A DNA stretch of 64,000 nt, taken from contig JANXDI010000015.1 of the NCBI GenBank assembly GCA_025059595.1, forward strand, positions 89,872-153,871. The letters are read 5' to 3'. A program made the translations under genes and the position numbers. The notes beneath the pieces were generated by a model that worked only from the letters and a program-made list of their open reading frames with translations, did not search any database and was not told the DNA's origin. Shown piece by piece: positions 55,351 to 64,000 of the stretch. Position 1 is the stretch's first letter; every line of letters starts with the position of its first letter. The DNA comes from Candidatus Calditenuaceae archaeon (GTDB lineage Archaea > Thermoproteota > Nitrososphaeria_A > Caldarchaeales > Calditenuaceae).

Positions 55351-56526
55351 TTAACGTGGACCAGCGTTTCTCCAGGAGGGGCTTATGGATATCGTGTAGA
55401 GGTTGTCGACTATTCCTGCCTTCAGTAGGGCGGCTACGACCTTGTAGTATTGGGATGGGAGAGACGTGTATCCTACTTGCTTAACGAAGCTTTCTCCGTT
55501 CTCGACGTAAAAGATGACGAACTCTTTCAGGGCAGGCTTGTCTAACCAAGCCTTCTTGTTAACGTAGATGAAGAGTGGCCTCGCGAGCGGGTACTTGTAG
55601 GTCCTAACCGTCTCATCCGTCGGTATGACACATTCAGCGCCAGCCACTTTATCGTCCTTTATCGGGACGATTCTGATTCTGTCAGCGGCTTGAGGATAGT
55701 ATGCGTAGCCGAAGTAGCCGAGGGCGAATCTCTCCGCCTCGACCCCTGCCACGAGCACGTTATCGTCCTCAGAAGCCACGTAATCTGTTCTGCTCGACTT
55801 AGCCTTGCCCACAACCCTCTCAGTGAAGTAGTCGAATGTGCCAGAGTCAGGTCCTGGACCATAGAGCACTATCGGGGAGCTGGGCCATCCTGAGCGTATG
55901 TCGCTCCATCTCCTGACCGTGCTGTTCGGATTCCAAATTAGCCTAAGCTCGGATATCGTTAAGCAGTCCACCCAGTCGTTCTGCCTGTTTACTACCACAA
56001 CGAGCCCATCAATGGCGATTGGAACCTCTATCCACTCTATGTTATTCTTCTGAGCCGCCTCAGCCTCGCTCTTCGTTATGGGCCTTGAGGCGTCGTTAAT
56101 GTCTGTCTCCCCTACCACGAACCTCTTGAACCCTCCTCCTGTGCCAGAAATGCCGACCGAAATCTTGACGTTGGGGTGTAGCTTCATGAATGCCTCAGCA
56201 GCCGCCTCGGTTATCGGATAGACCGTGCTTGAACCGTCTATTATTATATCACCCGACAGCACAACTTTCGTTGGCGTCGGAGGACCTTGAGTGACAGTGA
56301 CTCTCTCCGTCACCGTTGCGGTCCTTAAGACGGTCTCGGTAACAGCCTGACCAGGCCCCAAAGTTACGGTCTGCCTCTCAGTCTGAATCTGCGTCACGGT
56401 TTTCAGCACTGTCTGCGTCGCGGCTGGAGCCACGAACATTCCGCCTACGTATCCGATAACTCCGCCTACCAGTAGGAAGGCCAGTATTAATCCAACCATT
56501 TTTGTGCTTGCCATGCTCACGGCCAT
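55351..56526 (-). CDS. pstS: Phosphate-binding protein PstS, N-terminally membrane anchored with Thr/Val-rich linker
   Basis: DGSSTVYPITEAAAEAF and GISGTGGGFKRF phosphate-binding motifs. N-terminal TM plus T/V-rich linker. Confidence 0.85.
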   Translation of the reverse strand: MAVSMASTKMVGLILAFLLVGGVIGYVGGMFVAPAATQTVLKTVTQIQTERQTVTLGPGQAVTETVLRTATVTERVTVTQGPPTPTKVVLSGDIIIDGSSTVYPITEAAAEAFMKLHPNVKISVGISGTGGGFKRFVVGETDINDASRPITKSEAEAAQKNNIEWIEVPIAIDGLVVVVNRQNDWVDCLTISELRLIWNPNSTVRRWSDIRSGWPSSPIVLYGPGPDSGTFDYFTERVVGKAKSSRTDYVASEDDNVLVAGVEAERFALGYFGYAYYPQAADRIRIVPIKDDKVAGAECVIPTDETVRTYKYPLARPLFIYVNKKAWLDKPALKEFVIFYVENGESFVKQVGYTSLPSQYYKVVAALLKAGIVDNLYTISISPSWRNAGPR

Positions 56527-56654
56527 ATACGCCTCTATTGACTATTTAAGGTAAACCTATATTCAATTTTTTAGAATAGCGTCTCTATATAGTTAGATTT
56601 TGCGAAATATATTTATATATTGATGAGGCGGTCTTAGAGGGCGGGTCTAAGGAC
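56527..56654. promoter_or_regulatory. AT-rich divergent promoter region between pstS and the AbrB-PhoU regulator
   Basis: Local AT content far above the window average. TATA-like TTTATATA about 30 bp upstream of the 56655 ATG. TATA-like tracts in the other orientation lie upstream of pstS. Confidence 0.5.
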
Positions 56655-57686
56655 ATGCCGGTCTACTCTCGCAAGGTCCAAAAGACAGGCGGGTCCACAA
56701 TCATTGTTTCGCTGCCTCAGGAGTGGGTTAGAAGAGTTGGGCTGAGGCCTCATGACGAGCTTTACTTATTGGAAGAGCCGAGCGGCGGGCTTATCCTCTG
56801 GCCCGCAATCCTCGACCATAAGGATGCAGGTGAAGAGGTCGCGGTTAAGGTGACGACGGACGCCGGGCCCGAGGATGTGTTGCGCCTTTACCTTTCGGCG
56901 TACATCGCGGGGTATAACGTGATTAGGCTTGAGTTTGGTGACACTGGGTATAGGCACACTAAGGAGTTGAAGGAGATGATGAGGAGGTGGCTAGTGGGGG
57001 TCGAGATTGTGGGTGAGAGTCTTCATGGAATAGTAACGCAGTGTCTGCCTGCACATGACAGTCTTCAGCCGGCTAAGGTTATTGAGAGGATGGCGGACCT
57101 CGCTGCGAGTATGCAGAGGGATGCCCTTTACGCTGTGGAAAATAACGACGAGGTCCTCGCCCAAGATATTGTGCAGAGAGACTATGACGTTGATAGGTTC
57201 TACCACTTTGCGGTCAGGCAGCTCAATATCGGCATTTCCAGCCCGCGGCGGCTGGCGACGTTGGGTCTCAGGAACCCGCAGGAGTGCCTCTCATACATCA
57301 TAGCAGCTAAAACTATTGAGAGGGCGGCCGACCACGCGACATCAATCGCCAATACTCTCATCAACGAGAGGCAGCGGAAGAGGCCTTCGCCCGAGCTGAT
57401 TAAGGCGGGATATGAGGCGAGCAATCTCTTCACTGAGGCAAAAATAGCCCTCCGGGATGTGGATATATCGAAGGCGCGCCAGGTCATGCGGAAGATTGAG
57501 GCATTCAAGTTTATGCTCATGGATATTTTGAGGAGGAATGGAGGTAGGGGTGAGGCTGAGACTATGGTTCACGCGCTGGGGGAGAGTATAAGGCGGATTG
57601 CAGAATATAGTTCTGACCTCTGTGAAGTGGCTTTAAACCTCGGAGCGCATTACAGACTGTCATCTAGAACACCTCAGCCCGGATAA
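56655..57686 (+). CDS. Phosphate uptake regulator: AbrB/SpoVT DNA-binding domain fused to PhoU-like domains
   Basis: N-terminus MPVYSRKVQKTGGSTIIVSLPQEWVRRVGLRPHDELYL (swapped hairpin). Then two PhoU-like helical repeats with ERAADHATSIAN. Confidence 0.75.
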   Translation: MPVYSRKVQKTGGSTIIVSLPQEWVRRVGLRPHDELYLLEEPSGGLILWPAILDHKDAGEEVAVKVTTDAGPEDVLRLYLSAYIAGYNVIRLEFGDTGYRHTKELKEMMRRWLVGVEIVGESLHGIVTQCLPAHDSLQPAKVIERMADLAASMQRDALYAVENNDEVLAQDIVQRDYDVDRFYHFAVRQLNIGISSPRRLATLGLRNPQECLSYIIAAKTIERAADHATSIANTLINERQRKRPSPELIKAGYEASNLFTEAKIALRDVDISKARQVMRKIEAFKFMLMDILRRNGGRGEAETMVHALGESIRRIAEYSSDLCEVALNLGAHYRLSSRTPQPG

Positions 57687-57716
57687 AGATATATCGAGAC
57701 GTTTCCTACCAGCTTC

Positions 57717-59171
57717 GTGAGCGGTGAGGCTTTAGTCCGAGTAGATGCGGGGGCTGTGGTTGGGGGTCTTGACAGACGGGTTTTCGGCCAGTTCATAGAG
57801 CATCTCGGAAGGTGCATCTACGGTGGAATTTGGGTTGGGGAGGGGTCGCGGATTCCGAATCTGAGAGGCTTTAGGAGTGATGTTCTTGAAGCTGTTAAGA
57901 GGATTGCTCCACCGGTTGTTAGATGGCCTGGAGGGAACTTTGCCTCAGCCTACCACTGGATGGATGGGGTCGGGCCTCGGGCAACTCGTCCACGCAAGTT
58001 TGAGCTGGCTTGGGAGTGGGTTGAGCCGAACGAGTTTGGAACGGTGGAGTATATTGAGTGGTGTAGGCTGGTTGGCGCTGAGCCTTTCATTGTCGTAAAC
58101 GCTGGTAGCGGCTCGCCTGAGGAGGCAGCAGCTTGGGTTGAGTATTGTAACTCGAGGGGCGATACTCACTACGCCTCTCTGAGGAGGAGGGACGGCTTTA
58201 ATGAGCCGTTCAATGTTAAGCTGTGGGGGATAGGTAACGAGCTTTACGGCCGCTGGCAGGTTGGCTTCTGTGTAGATGGTGAGGAGTGCGCGCGGAGGAC
58301 AGTTGAGTTCGCGAACCTGATGAAGAGGGTTGACAAAAGTATCGAGCTCGTGGGTGTCGGATGCGACAGGGACCCTGAGTGGAATATTGATATGGTGAAG
58401 ATTGCGGGAAACTATCTCGACTATCTCTCCGTGCATACTTACATCTTCTGCCCAAAGAAGTACGAAGACCTCCTTGCAGCCCCTCTCGAGATTGAGCGGA
58501 ACCTTATCTCCATTTACGAGAGCGTCCGGCTCGCGGCAAGTAAGTTTGGGGTCTCAAGGAAGATTAAGCTCGCATTTGACGAGTGGAATGTCTGGTATCG
58601 TGAGGCTGTGCCACCCATGCATGTGCAGTTCACCTCGATGAAGGATGCAGTCTTTACAGGACTGGTCTTGGTGAAGCTTCAGAAAATTTCGCGGATGGTG
58701 CCTGTAGCCGCCTTGGCACAGACGGTAAACGTCCTCCCCCTAATATCAACAAGCGATGAGGGGGCGATGGTCCTTAGTCCCCAATATTATGTCTTCGAGT
58801 TATACGCTCCTAATGCTGGGGGGAAGGTTGCCTGGACAAGTGTTAGTGGGCCTACGGTTTATTCAGAGGAGGCGGAGGGTCAGGTTGAGGCGGTTGATGC
58901 TGTGGCGAGCTTTGACGGTGATAAAATGTTTATTCACTTGGTCAACGGGATGCCTGACGAAGCCGTAGACTGCGGCATCAAGGTTGCTGGGTTTGACTTC
59001 AAGAACGTGAGGCACAGATACCTGGCCTCATCTTCGCCCGATGATAGAAATACGTTTGAACAGCCTAACATCGTCGTCCCGAGAGAGGGCCAGCAAGTGA
59101 GGACTGCGAATGGAGAAATTAAGATGAGCCTGCCACCCTGCTCTGTCAATCTCCTAACCCTATACCGCTGA
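57717..59171 (+). CDS. abfA: Alpha-L-arabinofuranosidase, glycoside hydrolase family 51
   Basis: GH51 signatures: RWPGGNFASAYHWMDGVGP, WGIGNELYG (acid/base Glu), FDEWNVW (nucleophile Glu). C-terminal beta-sandwich. Confidence 0.85.
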   Translation: MSGEALVRVDAGAVVGGLDRRVFGQFIEHLGRCIYGGIWVGEGSRIPNLRGFRSDVLEAVKRIAPPVVRWPGGNFASAYHWMDGVGPRATRPRKFELAWEWVEPNEFGTVEYIEWCRLVGAEPFIVVNAGSGSPEEAAAWVEYCNSRGDTHYASLRRRDGFNEPFNVKLWGIGNELYGRWQVGFCVDGEECARRTVEFANLMKRVDKSIELVGVGCDRDPEWNIDMVKIAGNYLDYLSVHTYIFCPKKYEDLLAAPLEIERNLISIYESVRLAASKFGVSRKIKLAFDEWNVWYREAVPPMHVQFTSMKDAVFTGLVLVKLQKISRMVPVAALAQTVNVLPLISTSDEGAMVLSPQYYVFELYAPNAGGKVAWTSVSGPTVYSEEAEGQVEAVDAVASFDGDKMFIHLVNGMPDEAVDCGIKVAGFDFKNVRHRYLASSSPDDRNTFEQPNIVVPREGQQVRTANGEIKMSLPPCSVNLLTLYR

Positions 59172-59178
59172 GAAGTCG

Positions 59179-59829
59179 TCATTCGAGGACAGATTTTAGG
59201 AGAGGCGCTATCGGCGCCCGCCTTCTTCCGATGCCTAGTAGGTAAACTTCTGAGCTGTGCTTTCTCAAGCTTGGTGGTGTCGTGACGCGTCGATAGGCGA
59301 TGAAGCATAGGCGGAGCGGTTTTTCTATGCGCGTGAGTTCTGGGCATTCGAATGCCTTCAACATAACGTTACCATCATCCCTCAGCACTGTATCCGCGAT
59401 TTCGCAGCATCTGAAGACGAGGTCGAGCTGCCTCAGTGTATCAACCTCCGCGACCCCTATCAGGTTTGGAGACGCGTCAGAGATTAAGACGTCGCATTTA
59501 GAGTCGCCTAGAGTTCTCAGAATCTCCTGTGGAGCCGAGGGGTCGTTGATGTCGATTTGAAGTGTTCTGATGTTCTCTCCCTTCAGTGTTATGGGTTTGA
59601 TGTCAACGCCCACTGCTAGCCCGTCGTCGCCGACGAGCTCCGAGACAACCTTTAACATGCCGCCGGGGGCCGCCCCCAGCTCGACCACTAAGTCGCCGGG
59701 CCTTATTATGGAGTAAAGTCTTTGAATGTGCTTTAACTTGTATGCAGCTCTCGACGGGTATCCCTCAATCTTCGCCCTTCTGTGCCAAGGGTCTGCACGC
59801 CTCTCCGAGAACCACCTCCCCCGCGCCAC
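59179..59829 (-). CDS. rlmE: 23S rRNA (Um2552) 2'-O-methyltransferase RlmE/FtsJ
   Basis: RSRAAYKLKHIQ, SAM-binding GAAPGGM, conserved K-D-K-E layout. Confidence 0.85.
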   Translation of the reverse strand: MARGRWFSERRADPWHRRAKIEGYPSRAAYKLKHIQRLYSIIRPGDLVVELGAAPGGMLKVVSELVGDDGLAVGVDIKPITLKGENIRTLQIDINDPSAPQEILRTLGDSKCDVLISDASPNLIGVAEVDTLRQLDLVFRCCEIADTVLRDDGNVMLKAFECPELTRIEKPLRLCFIAYRRVTTPPSLRKHSSEVYLLGIGRRRAPIAPLLKSVLE

Positions 59830-59893
59830 GATTCTCCAGATGTAGTTAGGGCTTGAGTCCGGATTAAACCTATCCGAAGGTTGGGCAATTTAG

Positions 59894-60358
59894 TCATGGG
59901 TTTTGCCTTCTGGCAACTATGACTCTAGGCGGCTTCAAAAGCTTGCCTGCGTGGGCATAGCCCCTGCTGATCTCCGCGATTATTGTTCCATCCTCAACAT
60001 CATCCCTCTGGACGAAGCCGACAGACTCGTGGATGAAGGGGTCAAACCTCTTACCCACAGTCTCAAGTTGGTCTACGCCGTTGTCGGACAATATTCTCTT
60101 CATCTCCTTCAAAAGCATCTTCATCCCCTCCATGACTTGTTTCCGGTCCGAGTTGCCGAGGAGGCTCGTATAGGCCCTCTCGACCTCCTCGTAAATAGAA
60201 ATCATGTCGAGAAGCACGCGCTCGACCGACTCTCTCCTAACCTTCTCCACCTCCTTCGCCATCAGCTTTTTGAGGTTCTCAATCTCCGCCCTCAGATAGA
60301 GGTTCTCCTCCTGCAGGCGCTTCAACTCCTCCGTTGCCCCTGGAGCCTCGCCGGACAT
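59894..60358 (-). CDS. grpE: Nucleotide exchange factor GrpE
   Basis: Coiled-coil N-terminus (LRAEIENLKK), then the conserved GrpE C-terminal beta domain (FDPFIHESVGFV, GYAHAGKLLKPPRVIV). Confidence 0.85.
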   Translation of the reverse strand: MSGEAPGATEELKRLQEENLYLRAEIENLKKLMAKEVEKVRRESVERVLLDMISIYEEVERAYTSLLGNSDRKQVMEGMKMLLKEMKRILSDNGVDQLETVGKRFDPFIHESVGFVQRDDVEDGTIIAEISRGYAHAGKLLKPPRVIVARRQNP

Positions 60359-60404
60359 CCCCGATTAACATTTCAGGCGGCATGATTAAAACTCTAAAGC
60401 GTGA

Positions 60405-60731
60405 AGGGGCGGCGGCTCCGGGTGGTCGAGGGCCGGGGCCTCCGCCGAGCCCAGATGAGTTGATTAGCCACGCACCCCCACCAGCAGCCCGGCTGCACCT
60501 TAGCGCTGCTCCCTCCCGGGCCTGACGCGGTTCGGCGCATGCGGGTGTGAGAGGCCGCGCCTACACGCGGCATCGCACCCTACCGTTCTCCGGCGGGACG
60601 CGGCCTCATCTCCCCCCAACTGTGCCGTACGGAGGGCCGGACACCCCTTCCACCCGGTTACTGACCCCTGCATCAGCCCGTTTCAGGTTGAAGGGGAGGG
60701 CTAGCCCCCCAGCCCTACCCGCCGCCCCGCT
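60405..60731 (-). ncRNA. ffs: Signal recognition particle RNA (archaeal 7S SRP RNA)
   Basis: The minus strand carries the helix-8 domain IV motif GUCAGGCCCGGGAGGGAGCAGCG (revcomp of about 60481-60526). The 5' GGGGCGGCGG and 3' CCGCCGCCCC ends pair as the terminal helix. The 327-nt interval is strongly GC-rich, typical of hyperthermophile structured RNA, and has no ORF. Confidence 0.75.
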
Positions 60732-60786
60732 GTTTAGTGTCCCAAATAGACATTTAACGCTTTTGTGGAGTGGGGGGTGATGTTTT

Positions 60787-61878
60787 TCAGTCGATGTATT
60801 CTGCCAGTTCTCTGGCTGTTTTGACTATCCGAATCTCTCCCCGCCTCACAACATCCCTGTAGTAGTCTATCTTGGATTGGAGCTCCTGCATTAACTCTAC
60901 GAGGCGCTGGAAAAGAAACTCCTTAACCTCGCCGCTTATCATCCTGCCGCTCGAGTAGTCCTCGGCTATGCGACGGAGCTCCGAGTCATCCTTCAAAATG
61001 AACTGGAGGATCTTGAAGGGGACGTCCCTCTCCAAGTCCGCACCGTACTTCCTCTGCTCCTCAAGAGTGTCGGCCCCGCCTGAGAAGGCCTTATAGACCT
61101 TCCGCCTCAACTCCCTGATGTCGTCTTCAGGGAGAAAAATAGCGGCATGTGGCTCACTTTTACTCATCTTACCCTCGCCCTTCAAACTCGGCACATCCCT
61201 GATGTAAACCCCGACAGCCTGCTTGAACTTGAGGAATCTTGAGCGCCTGACATAGTCCCGGCAGAGCCTTATGTGTGGGTCTTGGTCCAGCCCCACAGGG
61301 ATTACTCCTACCATCGGCCTCACAAGCTGCGGAAACAGAATGTCCCCAATTTGGTATAGGGAGGATACGATACGCGCAGGCTCAAGCGCGCCATAGACTG
61401 CCCTGAACTCCTGAAGCGTGATTTCACGCGAGGCGTCCGCGGCTATTTTATGAATGTCGGGGTTCTCGGATTGGAAGTAGAAGACGCAACTATCTGGGTT
61501 TATTCCAAGGGCTAGGTAGGTTGGGATATGGAACTCAAAGGCTGTTTTCCTAGCCTCCGCCAAATCGACAGACCTCGTAGCAAGAGACTCTAAATCTGCT
61601 ATGAGGAGGACCATCTGCCTAGACTTCTCTGCGAAGCACTTCAGCGCCTCCACGACTGCCATCGTTCCAAGGTGAATCCGCTCTGAGGAGGGCATGATTC
61701 CGGTTAGAGTGTAAAAGTCTCCGGATTGAAGCGCTTCCTTAAACTCTTCGTAGCCGCGGACCGCGAAGATAAGCCCCCGCCTAACAAAATAGTGGTCAAC
61801 ACCTACGTCCTGCTGGCTTATGTTTCTTAGGCCGAATTCCTCGACGAGACGCACCTCCCTCTCCATTTCTTTCCCCAT
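60787..61878 (-). CDS. trpS: Tryptophanyl-tRNA synthetase (archaeal/eukaryotic type)
   Basis: TGIMPSSERIHLGT (HIGH region, compare eukaryotic TGRGPSSEAMHVGH). GLDQDPHIRLCRD (compare AIDQDPYFRMTRD). KMSKS loop. Confidence 0.8.
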   Translation of the reverse strand: MGKEMEREVRLVEEFGLRNISQQDVGVDHYFVRRGLIFAVRGYEEFKEALQSGDFYTLTGIMPSSERIHLGTMAVVEALKCFAEKSRQMVLLIADLESLATRSVDLAEARKTAFEFHIPTYLALGINPDSCVFYFQSENPDIHKIAADASREITLQEFRAVYGALEPARIVSSLYQIGDILFPQLVRPMVGVIPVGLDQDPHIRLCRDYVRRSRFLKFKQAVGVYIRDVPSLKGEGKMSKSEPHAAIFLPEDDIRELRRKVYKAFSGGADTLEEQRKYGADLERDVPFKILQFILKDDSELRRIAEDYSSGRMISGEVKEFLFQRLVELMQELQSKIDYYRDVVRRGEIRIVKTARELAEYID

Positions 61879-61943
61879 TTCCTTCCGGCAGCTAGGGGGA
61901 TATAGCCTAATACAAATATGTATTCAACCATTCTCCTTAGACA

Positions 61944-62510
61944 TTATTTTCTCAGAAGTGGCAGACGCCTGACATATCCACCCCTCTCGAGTAGGTCGGC
62001 GGTCTTGGTGTCTAGCGTTGCGATGGAGCCTTCTCGGAATGGGCCTCTGGTAACCCCCTCGCCGTCTACTATGGCAGGAGCGTCCTTCAAAAAGACCACA
62101 ACGGCCCTCTCACCAGACTCCCTTAGCTCGCGAGTTAGGTCGAAAGACTCTGAACAGTATTCTATGTATTCCCTATACACCGCTACAGATTTCAAGAGGC
62201 CTTCGTGAAGTCTGCTCTCGATGGGGAGGAGGTTCTCAAGGTCCTCACCCTTAACAGCGGCCTTCAGAATCTTCTCCAGCCTCATCTTCAGAATATCCGA
62301 TATTAAGGCTGAGAGGACTTCGAGCTCCCTCTCGCAGAGCTTCGATTGAATACTTTCACGGTCTACTGCTAGTCTCAGCCTCACCTTCAGCTCCTCCGCA
62401 TACTCTCTAATCCTCCTCAACCAGTCCTCTGAGATTCTGGCCGGAGTCTCGGAGCTCCTTTCAAGCCTCCAGGCCTCAACAACCTCCTCATACACCGTCT
62501 TAGCAGACAA
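61944..62510 (-). CDS. GINS subunit Gins51 (Gins15)-like replication protein
   Basis: N-terminal A-domain pattern YEEVVEAWRLERSSE...ISEDWLRRIREYAEEL. C-terminal small beta B-domain. 188 aa. Confidence 0.45.
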   Translation of the reverse strand: MSAKTVYEEVVEAWRLERSSETPARISEDWLRRIREYAEELKVRLRLAVDRESIQSKLCERELEVLSALISDILKMRLEKILKAAVKGEDLENLLPIESRLHEGLLKSVAVYREYIEYCSESFDLTRELRESGERAVVVFLKDAPAIVDGEGVTRGPFREGSIATLDTKTADLLERGGYVRRLPLLRK

Positions 62511-62517
62511 GACGAAA

Positions 62518-63930
62518 CTACACCTCCAACCGGCTCATCAACTTACTAAGCCTCCACAGCATCACCCTCGACGGGTTGGAATCAGTTGACTCGACAGCTC
62601 CTCTCAAAACCTCAGCCGCCTCAACCATTCCACGCTTATCAACCGGATACGGGCGTCCGGACTTTGAACCAAAAGCGTAGGAGAATCTGGCCGGGTCTCT
62701 CCAAGAGGCCCTCGCACCATAAACTAGCTCGGAGATATACGCTAAACCCCGGAGCGTAGAGGCTCCCACCCGCTCAGCAAGAAGAATTGTCTCAAAGCTA
62801 TCCGCATTTTCCTTCACGGCGCGAAGGACGGAGCCGTCCAATTTTTTGGGGGGCTTTAGGTGGGGCGGAGTTGTTCTAGGATTGAGGTGTGGATGGTCGT
62901 CTAGCGTTGCTTGTCCGGACAGAATATTCTTGACCTTTACAAGGTCTGACTGAATCGCGCTAAAGGGAGAGTCTCTCACGACATCGAGTATACATCTTCT
63001 GCAGTCTCTCGACTCTCTGCTGGTGAGGTCCAGCACAACCTCCTCGCCCTTGGCCGAGGATATTGCCGTGTGCGGCTCCTCAACTTTGACATCACCCGCC
63101 AGCCACTGATACCTCCTAGCCAGTTTAGCCTCGATATTCATACCTTGATTTATTATGGCATAAGAGCCTGAGCTCGAGATGGCTACACAGTGGAAGTAGA
63201 CAGTGTATGAGTCTTGAATGGCGTTGTTATCCACCCTGCAGCTGAGTCTAGAAGCGAATGAGAGACTCGGAGCCACCTCCTCCCGGCCTATCGCCTTCAG
63301 AGACTCCTTCAACTCAAGTGGCGTCTCCCTCATCGCTGCTCCTTTACCACCAGCCACAAAGACCCCCACATCCAAGTCTCTAAGAGCCTCCTTTAAGGCT
63401 GCGAGAGTTATGGTGGTCTGGCCCGAGGTGTCCCATTCGAAGCCGAGGACACAGGAGAGGCAGCTCAGCCAGTAGGGGTCTGAAAGCCTCTCCACGAAGA
63501 AATCCGAACCATACTCCCTGACGAGAAGCCTAACAATCTCTCTGCACAAGACAACCATCTCCTTAAAGTGTGGCACCCCACCCTCAACCAGAAAAAGCTC
63601 GGTCCTCCCGACCCTCCTCAACCAGCGGCCACTAAGGACCAAACACGCCATCAGGCTTAAAAGCCTTAAAACACCGCGGCGAAAAAACACTACCAGAGAC
63701 TGCTTGAGCCGCATACGCTCATTATGGAAGCCACGCGACTCGTCTCGTGGGGGGAGTCTCCATGAAAGCCCAAACGTTAAATAACTAGCCGCTCCAAAGT
63801 CAAAAACAGCATGAAGGTTCCGGCGAAGGTAAACAGCTTCTGCCCAAAGTGCAACGCCCACACGGAGCATCAAGTCGCGCTCTACAGGAAGGGGAAGGAG
63901 AGGGGGTTGGCGATTGGTGCGAGGAGGCAT
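62518..63930 (-). CDS. Hypothetical protein, probably shorter than the 470-aa track ORF
   Basis: Conserved-looking body begins around MVVLCREIVRLL (about 63558). The N-terminal 120 codons overlap the rpl44e gene on the other strand and are likely spurious. Confidence 0.35.
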   Translation of the reverse strand: MPPRTNRQPPLLPLPVERDLMLRVGVALWAEAVYLRRNLHAVFDFGAASYLTFGLSWRLPPRDESRGFHNERMRLKQSLVVFFRRGVLRLLSLMACLVLSGRWLRRVGRTELFLVEGGVPHFKEMVVLCREIVRLLVREYGSDFFVERLSDPYWLSCLSCVLGFEWDTSGQTTITLAALKEALRDLDVGVFVAGGKGAAMRETPLELKESLKAIGREEVAPSLSFASRLSCRVDNNAIQDSYTVYFHCVAISSSGSYAIINQGMNIEAKLARRYQWLAGDVKVEEPHTAISSAKGEEVVLDLTSRESRDCRRCILDVVRDSPFSAIQSDLVKVKNILSGQATLDDHPHLNPRTTPPHLKPPKKLDGSVLRAVKENADSFETILLAERVGASTLRGLAYISELVYGARASWRDPARFSYAFGSKSGRPYPVDKRGMVEAAEVLRGAVESTDSNPSRVMLWRLSKLMSRLEV

Positions 63931-64000
63931 GAGAGAGAGCTTAAGGGCTATGGTGGGCAGAAGTATCCTATTCAGAGGAATAAGGCCAAGACCACGGATA
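63811..64000 (+). CDS. rpl44e: 50S ribosomal protein L44e (5' part, runs off the window end)
   Basis: Hand translation MKVPAKVNSFCPKCNAHTEHQVALYRKGKERGLAIGARRHERELKGYGGQKYPIQRNKAKTTD... matches the L44e zinc-ribbon family (C-P-x-C...YGGQ...KAKTT). Confidence 0.8.
   Translation, partial: MKVPAKVNSFCPKCNAHTEHQVALYRKGKERGLAIGARRHERELKGYGGQKYPIQRNKAKTTD

Noticed and set aside
60359-60786. Considered RNase P RNA or an intron-containing tRNA for the GC-rich gap
   Set aside because: RNase P P4 consensus elements (AGGAAAGUCCGGGCUCC-like) were not found. The SRP helix-8 motif and the terminal-helix pairing fit 7S RNA instead. No cloverleaf was evident.
62518-63930. Considered the 470-aa protein as primase small subunit PriS, since the Gins51 gene is often beside priS
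   Set aside because: PriS signatures (FDIDAD catalytic aspartates, SGNRGFH, RIPNSLH) are not present. Left as hypothetical.
1-64000. Looked for CRISPR arrays, IS elements, integrases and large direct repeats
   Set aside because: No regularly spaced direct repeats, no transposase or integrase-like ORFs, and no long repeated DNA segments were seen. The repetitive Thr/Val-rich protein linkers are coding low-complexity sequence, not DNA repeats.

Overview
This 64 kb window looks like chromosomal DNA from a hyperthermophilic archaeon, probably Thermoproteota or a related TACK lineage, with about 58% GC. Reverse gyrase is present, as are a Sulfolobus-type zinc ferredoxin, GINS, a Sm-like protein, ribosomal proteins L37e and L44e, a eukaryotic/archaeal-type TrpRS and a type-2 methionine aminopeptidase. 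Coding density is high, with many 4-8 nt gene overlaps. I found no CRISPR array, no IS element or integrase, and no convincing tRNA. The main content is housekeeping and metabolic: hisA-hisF-hisI, a leuB-like gene next to ilvD, aconitase, pdxS, moaB, isoprenoid genes (mevalonate diphosphate decarboxylase and a polyprenyl synthase), a complete pstSCAB-phoU operon facing an AbrB-PhoU regulator, thiI and ttuA-like tRNA thiolation genes, hflX, rlmE, grpE and trpS. Accessory-looking parts are a CARDB-like surface protein, a BNR/Asp-box propeller protein and a family-5 substrate-binding protein, all C-terminally anchored. There is also a GH51 arabinofuranosidase, a possible oxidative pentose module (IlvD/EDD dehydratase, ALDH and FAH-fold protein), and a cluster of three GT4 glycosyltransferase paralogues beside a small wHTH regulator with palindromic operator-like sites. 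The 6-frame track misses three genes: an archaeal SRP (7S) RNA on the minus strand at about 60405-60731, rpl37e overlapping the Sm gene stop, and the 5' part of rpl44e at the window end. Three loci deserve follow-up. The first is a 538-aa tandem SagB/nitroreductase-fold protein wedged between thiI and a ttuA-like gene. The second is a ThrC-family PLP enzyme co-transcribed with a MoaD/ThiS-like protein whose Gly-Gly is followed by two extra residues (-GG-SP); this resembles MetM/MetO or CysO/HcyS systems, but moaB lies nearby. The third is a frameshifted AbrB-like mini-gene at a G5 homopolymer. All calls rest on motif-level reading of the translations; no database search was run.
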